DNA of 64,000 nt from Vulcanimicrobiota bacterium (GTDB lineage Bacteria > Vulcanimicrobiota > Vulcanimicrobiia > Eremiobacterales > Eremiobacteraceae), in assembly GCA_963812135.1 (NCBI GenBank), contig CAWETU010000001.1, positions 288,001 through 352,000 of the forward strand, written 5' to 3'. This document shows, piece by piece, positions 57,222 to 64,000 of the stretch; position 1 is the stretch's first letter; each line of letters opens with the position of its first letter. The notes below the pieces were generated by a model. The model worked only from the letters and a program-made list of their open reading frames with translations. It was not told the DNA's origin and did no database searches. Position numbers and translations under genes: made by a program.

Positions 57222-57536
57222 ATGCATTTTATCGCTTTGTTGACGCTGCTCCAGGGTGAGAACACCAGCAACAACATGCCCGGCGCCGGGGCCGCCTTTG
57301 GCGCCTTTATGGCCGCCTACGCTATCTTCGTGATCATCATCTTGATCATCAGCCTTGTCATCAACTGGCGGATCGCCAGCAAGGCCGGCTATCCGGGCGC
57401 GTATAGCCTGCTCATGCTGATCCCGCTCGTGAACATCGTCATCATATTGATTTTCGCGTTCACCGAATGGCCGGTCGAGCGCGAGTTGAAAGCGCTGCGC
57501 GGCGGCGCCGGCAGGCCCATGACTCCGATCACCTGA
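57222..57536 (+). CDS. Small membrane protein (DUF805-like)
   Basis: RBS AGGAGG; WRIASKAGYPG.YSLLMLIPLVNI..FAF.EWP. Confidence 0.7.
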   Translation: MHFIALLTLLQGENTSNNMPGAGAAFGAFMAAYAIFVIIILIISLVINWRIASKAGYPGAYSLLMLIPLVNIVIILIFAFTEWPVERELKALRGGAGRPMTPIT

Positions 57537-57566
57537 TCGAATCAGCAACGCTCGCGAGCTACGAAG

Positions 57567-57598
57567 AAACCCGCGCCGTCAGACCGCGCGGGTTTTTT
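57567..57598 (+). terminator. Intrinsic terminator between convergent genes
   Basis: AAACCCGCGC-N9-GCGCGGGTTTTTT. Confidence 0.65.
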
Positions 57599-58179
57599 CC
57601 ATATGCTCGGTGTGCCCGTGGCGGCGCCGGTACGCGCGCGCTTTCGTGCGGTTGCCGCATACGCTCATCGAGCACCACGTGCCGGACCGGTTTTTCGTTT
57701 CGTCGTAAAACGCCCATAGGCAGCTATCGGCGGGGCAAGCCTTGAGCCTCGCCCACGAACCTTCGGCCATCGCGTCGTGCACGGTTGCGATGATCCGCCC
57801 AAGCGCGCCGTCGACGCCGGGAGCGCGCGACTCGAGTTTGGCCGTGCCCTCGGGGCCGAAGCACATCCCGAGCTGAGCGCTGCGCGCCGCGCGGTTGAGG
57901 GTTTCGAGCGCAGCCCGGATCCGGCGGCTCGCCGTTGTTGGCGAGCGTGAGCCGGCGAAGCGCCTCGCGGACGGCCGTCGCCTGCCCGACGTCGCTGGTT
58001 GAGACGGGTGCTGACCGGTCGAGCAGGCCGACGCCCGAGAGCCAGCCGCGCAAGCCGGCTGGGGTGGCTATCTCGTCAGTGCCGTGCTCGAGTTCGGCGG
58101 TGTTGATGAAGCCCTGGACAAGCGCAAGATCGCCGGGTGCCGGTTTGCTTCCCAGGTACTTCGCGAGGACGGTCTTCAC
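57579..58179 (-). CDS. ABATE/CGNR zinc-finger transcriptional regulator, apparent frameshift near 57916
   Basis: APGDLALVQGFINT, LRGWL (ABATE) and RLKAC..DSC.WAFYDETKNRSGTWCSMSVCGNRTK; TTGCTT-N18-TATACT ends 6 nt before the GTG (leaderless). Confidence 0.85.
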
Positions 58180-58244
58180 GGCGCTAGTATACTGTGTTAA
58201 GCGGTTATTAAGCAAGGGTTTCGTCCCGCAAAATAGGTGTGGGA

Positions 58245-58291
58245 AATAACTTTCTAAACATATTGACAGGTTATTCTCAGCGTACTATGAT
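58245..58291 (+). promoter_or_regulatory. sigma70 promoter with overlapping inverted repeat (candidate operator)
   Basis: TTGACA(58263)-N17-TATGAT(58286); AATAAC-N19-GTTATT brackets the -35 element. Confidence 0.7.
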
Positions 58292-58336
58292 GTGTGTGCA
58301 GAGCAAGCAAACTGATCCTCGAAAGGCAGGGCCACC

Positions 58337-58468
58337 ATGGACCGGAATTCGCACCTCATCGGAATCGCACACGGCGATTACGAGCTCCCCACGACGCGCA
58401 CGGAACTGGTGCGCCTCCCCAAAGACTTCTTCAACACGATTTTCGGCGGTTGGGGCGTCCGGATCTGA
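58337..58468 (+). CDS. Small peptide A (43 aa), IFxGWG family
   Basis: MDRNSHLIGIAHGDYELPTTRTELVRLPKDFFNTIFGGWGVRI*; GAAAGG RBS, near-consensus promoter, paralog at 59613. Confidence 0.75.
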   Translation: MDRNSHLIGIAHGDYELPTTRTELVRLPKDFFNTIFGGWGVRI

Positions 58469-58533
58469 ACGATTAACAAGCGTTAAGCAGCGCGACGAAG
58501 GAGAGCCTTCGGGCACGACGCTAAGCGAACCAC

Positions 58534-59475
58534 ATGAGAATTCAACGAACGACTGCGACGGCGCTTAGCGCCGTCGTTTTTTTCACATTGCTCGCTGCGG
58601 TTCCAACCCGCCCTTCAGCTGCTGCCAGCGCCGATCCGGTGATTGCGGCCGCCGGCGATATCGCGTGCGACCTGCTTCCATCGGCGAAGCCTGAGGCCGA
58701 CGACGGCGGGCCGAACGTCTGCCACATGGGTGCCACCGCCAAGCTTATCGCCGGGCTGCATCCCGCCGCTGTGCTGACGTTGGGCGACGAGCAGTACGCG
58801 GACGGCTCGCTCGACCAATTCAAAAATGGCTACGAGAAGACGTGGGGCGCGTTCAAGAGCATCACCCGTCCGGCGCCCGGCAACCACGAGTATCACACGC
58901 CCGGCGCCGCAGGCTACTTCGAGTATTTCGGCGCCTCCGCCGGGGACCCGGCCAAGGGATACTACAGTTTCGACCTTGGCGGCTGGCATCTGATCGCGCT
59001 CAACGCGAACTGCAAGCAGGCTGGCGGTTGCGGGGCCGATTCGCCCGAGGTCCAATGGCTCGCGCACGATCTGGCCGGGCACCACGCGGCTTGCACGCTC
59101 GCATATTGGCACCAGCCGCGCTTCTCGTCGGGACCGCACCACAGCGACCCGACCTACGACGCGTTCTGGCGCGCGTTGTACGCCGCGCACACCGACCTCG
59201 TGCTCAACGGGCACGATCACGACTACGAGCGCTTCTCGCCCCAATCCCCCGACGCGAAACCAGACCCGTCGCTCGGCATCATGGAGATCGTGGCCGGCAC
59301 CGGCGGGCGCAGCCACTATAAGATAGGAAACATCGAGCCGAACAGCGTCGTCAGCAACGGCGTAACGTACGGCGTTTTGGCGATCACCCTACACCCGCAC
59401 GGTTTCGACTGGCGCTTCATCCCGGAGCCCGGGTCCACGTTCGCCGACTCCGGTTCCCAGGCGTGCCACGGCTGA
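58534..59475 (+). CDS. Secreted calcineurin-like metallophosphoesterase
   Basis: Signal peptide; AAGDIA, LGDEQY, PGNHEY, WHQP, NGHDHDYER. Confidence 0.9.
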   Translation: MRIQRTTATALSAVVFFTLLAAVPTRPSAAASADPVIAAAGDIACDLLPSAKPEADDGGPNVCHMGATAKLIAGLHPAAVLTLGDEQYADGSLDQFKNGYEKTWGAFKSITRPAPGNHEYHTPGAAGYFEYFGASAGDPAKGYYSFDLGGWHLIALNANCKQAGGCGADSPEVQWLAHDLAGHHAACTLAYWHQPRFSSGPHHSDPTYDAFWRALYAAHTDLVLNGHDHDYERFSPQSPDAKPDPSLGIMEIVAGTGGRSHYKIGNIEPNSVVSNGVTYGVLAITLHPHGFDWRFIPEPGSTFADSGSQACHG

Positions 59476-59612
59476 GGCGTTTCTCCGTACCGGGACGGAG
59501 CCAATCCCCGTGCTGGTACCGATTTGCCCAGAGCCCCAAAACCGTACCATAAGGTCAGCGAAGGCAGTGCAAGCGCCTCGCCCACACACTAAAGGAAAGG
59601 ACGCTGATCGAA

Positions 59613-59753
59613 ATGGACGCCAAGAAAGTCGACTACACGCTTGAGGACGACGCCGACCAGGAGAACGAGCTTTTGGATTCACGCTCCACACTCGTGCGGG
59701 TCCGCCGCGGTCCTGACACGTCGATCTTCCGGGGCTGGGGCCCGAAACTCTAA
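59613..59753 (+). CDS. Small peptide B (46 aa), IFxGWG family
   Basis: MDAKKVDYTLEDDADQENELLDSRSTLVRVRRGPDTSIFRGWGPKL*; AAAGGAAAGG RBS; own terminator; paralog at 58337. Confidence 0.75.
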   Translation: MDAKKVDYTLEDDADQENELLDSRSTLVRVRRGPDTSIFRGWGPKL

Positions 59754-59768
59754 TGCGGCCCGCCTGAG

Positions 59769-59796
59769 AGGGCGTCGAGAGACGCCCTTATTTTTT
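59769..59796 (+). terminator. Intrinsic terminator after peptide B
   Basis: AGGGCGTC-gaga-GACGCCCT-TATTTTTT. Confidence 0.8.
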
Positions 59797-59818
59797 GCGC
59801 TACGCGTTCAGAACGCGG

Positions 59819-61003
59819 CTAGCCCAGCGCGCGCAGGCCGCGCGCCAGGTCGGTTTGGATGTCGGCCACATCCTCGATGCCGACCGACATGCGCAAGAAC
59901 CCGTCGTGCAAGCCCATCGAATCGCGCATCGCTTGGGTCAGCGCGCGATGCGACGACTTGGCTGGATGCGACAACGTCGTATTCGTGCCGCCGAGACTCA
60001 ACACGAGGGTGATGCGCTCGAGTTTGGCGAGCAGCGCGTCGACCGCGGCAGCACCACCGTCGATTTCAAACGAGACCATCGCTCCGAAGCCGCGGTCGAG
60101 CACGCGGCGCGCGATCGCATGATCCGGATGCGAGCTCAGGCCAGGATAATGGACGCGCTTGACCGTGGGCTGTGCTTCGAGCCAGCGAGCCATCACCGAT
60201 GCGTTCTCAGATGCGCGCCGCATCCGCACCTCGAGCGTCTCGATTGAGCGCGTCGTCAGCCACGCGTCGAACGCGCCCGGCACCATCCCGGCGCGCAGCG
60301 CAAAGGTGCGCACGGGCGCGAGCAGATCTGCGCCTCCGGCAAGGGTCCCGATCAGCACGTCGTGGTGCCCGCCCAAGAACTTGGTGCCGCTTTCCATCGC
60401 GAGATGAGCGCCGAGCGCGAGCGGCCGGCAGTGATATGGCGTCGCAAAGGTGTTGTCGACCAGGAGCAGCGCACCGGCACGCTGCGCCGCCTGGGCCAGC
60501 GCGGGGATGTCGGCGACGCGCAGCCGGGGATTTGAGATCGTCTCCACCACCACCAGGCGCGCACCCCCGGCGAGCGCCTCCTCGACGGCCCGCAGCTCGG
60601 TCGAGTCGACATATGCGGTGCGCACGTCGAAGCGCGCAAGGTCGTCGAGCAGCCTGATCGTGTTGCCGTAGAGCTCGCGCGCCGCGACGACGCGATCGCC
60701 GCTGCGCAACAACGTGAAGAACGCGGCGGCGAATGCGGACATGCCGGCAGACATCGCAAGCGCATCTTGCGCATCTTCGAGCGACGCGACAAGCGCCTCG
60801 AGCGCGAGCAGATTCGGGTTGCCGTCGGATCCATAGATGGCGCCCGCGAGGCGACCTTCATAGATCTCATCGACTTCGGTCAGGTTGCGGAAGACCCAGC
60901 CCGCTGACTGGTAGAGAGGAGCGCGCGAGGGCCTATTGGCGGGCGTTTGCGCGTGCGCGCCGTGGACGCTGCGGGTGCCGAAGCCGTCGCCTTCGTGCGT
61001 CAT
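59819..61003 (-). CDS. Cys/Met metabolism PLP enzyme (cystathionine gamma-synthase/MetZ-like)
   Basis: SAGMSA, VETISNP, VDNTFATP, ESGTKFLGGH, SLGG, RMSVGIED. Confidence 0.9.
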   Translation of the reverse strand: MTHEGDGFGTRSVHGAHAQTPANRPSRAPLYQSAGWVFRNLTEVDEIYEGRLAGAIYGSDGNPNLLALEALVASLEDAQDALAMSAGMSAFAAAFFTLLRSGDRVVAARELYGNTIRLLDDLARFDVRTAYVDSTELRAVEEALAGGARLVVVETISNPRLRVADIPALAQAAQRAGALLLVDNTFATPYHCRPLALGAHLAMESGTKFLGGHHDVLIGTLAGGADLLAPVRTFALRAGMVPGAFDAWLTTRSIETLEVRMRRASENASVMARWLEAQPTVKRVHYPGLSSHPDHAIARRVLDRGFGAMVSFEIDGGAAAVDALLAKLERITLVLSLGGTNTTLSHPAKSSHRALTQAMRDSMGLHDGFLRMSVGIEDVADIQTDLARGLRALG

Positions 61004-61020
61004 CGGCGACGTCTTGGCGT

Positions 61021-61049
61021 AAAGAAAGGGCGCCGCCTTCGCGACACCC
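61021..61049 (-). terminator. Intrinsic terminator after Lys-rich micropeptide
   Basis: GGGTGTCGC-gaag-GCGGCGCCC-TTTCTTT on the minus strand (two G-U pairs). Confidence 0.65.
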
Positions 61050-61081
61050 CTCAATGTTTCCAGAACGCGATATCTAACGCG

Positions 61082-61132
61082 TTAGTGTTTCTTCTTTTTC
61101 GTTGCTTTCTTTTTTGCCTTTTTCTTTGCCAC
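61082..61132 (-). CDS. Lys-rich micropeptide (16 aa)
   Basis: GGGAGGTGA RBS, GTG start, MAKKKAKKKATKKKKH*, followed by a terminator. Confidence 0.65.
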   Translation of the reverse strand: MAKKKAKKKATKKKKH

Positions 61133-61364
61133 GGTGCGCAGGTCACCTCCCTCTGAACTTCCGGTGCTCGCGGGGCGTTGCTGTACGCCACTTCATCTGT
61201 TGGTTGATCCGCCGGTGCGGAGCCGCGCGGTTATGCACGATGCCGGAGGGTACGGGGTCACGACTGGCCCACGAGAAGTGTGTTCGAGTTGGTGACGCGT
61301 TCCCCTTTTCGCTCATCAGCGCCGGGCAGGAGTCATATGCAGACGCAAACCATACTTCTATTCT

Positions 61365-62612
61365 ATGCGACCTTCGAGGCGCGTCGTCGTCACAGGACTC
61401 GGCGCGATCACGCCGCTCGGCAATTCGGTGCCGGAGTTCTGGTCGAACGTCGTCGCCGGCAAGAGCGGCGTCGGCGACATCACGCTGTTCGACGCGGCGC
61501 ATCTCCCCACGCGCTTTGCGGCGGAGGTGCGCGGCTTCGACGCTCCCGCGCTCATGGGCAAGAAAGAGGCCCGCAAGGCCGATCGCTTCGCCCAGTTCGC
61601 GATCGTCGCCGCCAAGGAGGCGTTGACGGACTCCGGCCTTGCGATCTCGGACGCGAACCGCGATGAGATCGGCGTGGTGATGGGCTCGGGCATCGGCGGC
61701 ATCATCACGATCGAGAACCAGCACAAAGTCATGCTCGACCAAGGCGCGGGCCGGCTCTCGCCGTTCTTCATCCCGATGCTGATCTCGAACATCGCGCCGG
61801 GCATCATCTCGATGAACATGAACGTGCGCGGCCCCACCTACACGACCGTGTCCGCGTGCGCGTCCTCGAACAACGCGATCGGCGAGGCCTACCGGGCGGT
61901 CCAGCTCGGCGAGGCCGAGGCGATGATCTGCGGCGGCTCGGAAGCGCCGATCTCGCCGCTCGCGGTCGCCGGTTTTTGCGCGATGCGGGCGCTGTCGACG
62001 CGCAACGACTCGCCGGCGACGGCCAGCCGTCCGTTCGACAAGGGGCGCGACGGATTCGTGATGGCCGAAGGCGGCGGCGCGATGATGATCGAGGAGCTCG
62101 AACACGCGCGCACGCGCGGCGCGCGCATCTATGCCGAGATGGTCGGCTACGGCAAATCGTCCGATGCGTATCACATGGTCCAACCCGACCCGGACGCGCG
62201 CGGCGTCACGCTCGCGATGCAGCGCGCGCTGCGCGATGCCGGCCTCGAACCCGCTGACGTCGACTACATCAACGCGCACGCGACGTCCACCGACCTCGGC
62301 GACATCGCGGAGACGCAGGCGATCCATCGGGTGTTCGGCGAGCGCGCCAAGACGTTGCCGGTCAGTTCGAACAAGTCGATGTTCGGCCACGCGCTGGGCG
62401 CGGCCGGCGCGCTCGAGGGCATCTGCACGGTCTTGACGATCCATGACGGCGTCATCCCGCCGACCATCAACTATCACGAAGTCGATCCGCAATGCGACCT
62501 CGATTGCGTTCCCAACGTGGCACGCAAGGCCGACGTGAACATCGCGATGTCGAACTCGTTCGGCTTCGGGGGCCACAACGCGGTCCTCATATTCCGCAAG
62601 TTCGCGGAATGA
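61365..62612 (+). CDS. fabF: 3-oxoacyl-ACP synthase II
   Basis: RRVVVTGLG, SACAS, NAHATST, KSMFGH, SNSFGFGGHN. Confidence 0.96.
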   Translation: MRPSRRVVVTGLGAITPLGNSVPEFWSNVVAGKSGVGDITLFDAAHLPTRFAAEVRGFDAPALMGKKEARKADRFAQFAIVAAKEALTDSGLAISDANRDEIGVVMGSGIGGIITIENQHKVMLDQGAGRLSPFFIPMLISNIAPGIISMNMNVRGPTYTTVSACASSNNAIGEAYRAVQLGEAEAMICGGSEAPISPLAVAGFCAMRALSTRNDSPATASRPFDKGRDGFVMAEGGGAMMIEELEHARTRGARIYAEMVGYGKSSDAYHMVQPDPDARGVTLAMQRALRDAGLEPADVDYINAHATSTDLGDIAETQAIHRVFGERAKTLPVSSNKSMFGHALGAAGALEGICTVLTIHDGVIPPTINYHEVDPQCDLDCVPNVARKADVNIAMSNSFGFGGHNAVLIFRKFAE

Positions 62613-62630
62613 GCGCTCGCCAGAATCCCC

Positions 62631-63338
62631 GTGTCTGAAGGCCTTGCGCGGCGCAAGGCGCTGCGCGCCTTCGGCCGGAGCCTGGGTCTGAAGGCGACCG
62701 CGACCGGCGACTGCGGGCTGTTGGACAACGCACTCACGCACGACTCGTATGCCTTTGAACACGGCGGCGGCCGGCGCGGCCAGGTGTCGAACGAGCGACT
62801 CGAGTTCTTGGGCGACGCGGTCATCGGGTTGGCCGCCTCGGCGTGGCTGTACGAACGCCATCCGAGCGAGCCGGAAGGCTGGTTGTCTCGCCGGCGTCAA
62901 GCGCTCGTCTCGGGTGCTGCCCTATCGCAGACTGCTGCGCGCATCGGCGTCGGCCCGCTGCTGCGCCTCGGCAAGGGTGAGGCCGCCGGCCACGGAGCGC
63001 GCAGACCGTCGATCTTGGCAGGCGCATTCGAAGCCATCGGCGGCGCGGTCTTGCTAGCTGAAGGCTACGACGCCGCGGCGCGCTTCGTGCAGCGCATCCA
63101 CCTCTCGCACGTGCGCGGCGCGGCGGACGCCGATCCGCGCACCGCGCTGCAAGAGCTCGCACAAGCACGCTTCAAGGAACCGCCGGAGTACACGTTCGAC
63201 GCCGAGAGCGGCCCCGCGCACGCGCGCGTCTTCAAGGCGCGGGTTTCCGCCGGCGGCGTGGTGGGAACCGGGTCCGGTTCGACGAAGAAGGAAGCACAGG
63301 CGCGGGCTGCCGCCGAGGCGCTGCGCAAACTGGCCTAA
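62631..63338 (+). CDS. rnc: Ribonuclease III
   Basis: ALTHDS, NERLEFLGDAV, FEA..GA, dsRBD GSTKKEAQARAA. Confidence 0.93.
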   Translation: MSEGLARRKALRAFGRSLGLKATATGDCGLLDNALTHDSYAFEHGGGRRGQVSNERLEFLGDAVIGLAASAWLYERHPSEPEGWLSRRRQALVSGAALSQTAARIGVGPLLRLGKGEAAGHGARRPSILAGAFEAIGGAVLLAEGYDAAARFVQRIHLSHVRGAADADPRTALQELAQARFKEPPEYTFDAESGPAHARVFKARVSAGGVVGTGSGSTKKEAQARAAAEALRKLA

Positions 63339-63360
63339 CACAGCGACGAGGCGACCATCT

Positions 63361-64000
63361 ATCTACCTTAAGAGTATCGATCTCTTCGGCTTCAAGACGT
63401 TCGCAGAGCGGACGCGCCTCGTCTTCGAACCCGGCATCTCCGCCATCGTCGGTCCCAACGGCTCGGGCAAGTCAAACTTGGTCGACGCCGTGCGCTGGAC
63501 GCTCGGCGAGCAAAGCGCCAAGCAGCTGCGCGGCGGCCGCATGGACGACGTCATCTTCGCCGGCAACAACCGCCGGCGCTCGCTCGGCATGTCGGAGGTG
63601 ACCCTCACCTTCGACAACAGCGACGGCTCGCTGCCGACGCCGTTCGCGGAGATCGCGGTGACGCGCCGCGTCTATCGCAATGGCGAGGGCGAGTACTTCC
63701 TCAACAAGTCGCAGGTCCGGCTGCGCGACATCATGGATCTGCTGCTCGGCACCGGTCTTGGGCCCGACGCCTCGGCGATCATCTCGCAGGGCGAGATCGA
63801 CGCGATCCTGTCCGCCAAGCCGGTCGCTCGCCGCGAGGTGTTCGAAGAGGTCGCCGGCACAAGCAAATATCAAGCGCGCAAACACGAAGCGCAGCGCCGC
63901 CTCGAGCAGACCGACGCCAACGCGCTGCGGGTCAACGACCTGCTCGTCGAGCTCGAGCGCCAGGTCCCGGCGATCGAACAACAGGTGCGCCGCGCTCGGC
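63361..64000 (+). CDS. smc: Chromosome segregation protein SMC (partial, runs off the right edge)
   Basis: (I)YLKSIDLFGFKTFA..IVGPNGSGKSNLVDA..LRGGRMDDVIF..IISQGEID..FEEVAG; first codon is ATC. Confidence 0.93.
   Translation, partial: MYLKSIDLFGFKTFAERTRLVFEPGISAIVGPNGSGKSNLVDAVRWTLGEQSAKQLRGGRMDDVIFAGNNRRRSLGMSEVTLTFDNSDGSLPTPFAEIAVTRRVYRNGEGEYFLNKSQVRLRDIMDLLLGTGLGPDASAIISQGEIDAILSAKPVARREVFEEVAGTSKYQARKHEAQRRLEQTDANALRVNDLLVELERQVPAIEQQVRRAR

Noticed and set aside
58303..58336. GCAAAC...CGAAAGG resembling the first stem of a c-di-GMP-I riboswitch
   Set aside because: No following GCAAAGC or second stem; the sequence is explained as the RBS of peptide A
61143..61316. 57-aa minus-strand ORF (MSEKGNASP...) ending in the micropeptide RBS
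   Set aside because: No RBS and no recognisable features; it spans the candidate promoter, so it is more likely leader sequence

Overview
High-GC bacterial chromosomal window spanning the replication origin. Left arm (minus strand): dnaA-dnaN-recF-dciA(DUF721)-gyrB, then hpnK-hpnI, a peptide ABC substrate-binding lipoprotein and an outer-membrane biogenesis cluster (tamB-bamA-two OmpH/Skp genes). Right arm: rpmH-rnpA-yidD-yidC-jag-mnmE-mnmG-rsmG-parS-cca-parA-parB, several exported proteins, thiD, trpS, a reverse block (rpmA-obgE-nadD; lysA-maf-mreBCD-mrdA), a Rieske oxygenase/N-methyl amino acid oxidase/permease unit, assorted accessory genes, and fabF-rnc-smc. The diderm envelope genes combined with Firmicute-like synteny and PT/PS-rich linkers suggest a Terrabacteria diderm such as Vulcanimicrobiota (Eremiobacterota); this is inference. 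Several genes carry apparent single-base frameshifts, probably assembly errors. The most novel signals are below the ORF-track length cut-off. First, two paralogous 43- and 46-aa peptides share EL-x3-R-x2-LVR-x8-IFxGWG, each with its own promoter and RBS; they flank a secreted metallophosphoesterase and sit divergently from a CGNR/ABATE zinc-finger regulator. Second, a 16-aa Lys-rich micropeptide has a strong RBS and its own terminator. No rRNA, tRNA, CRISPR array or mobile element was recognised.
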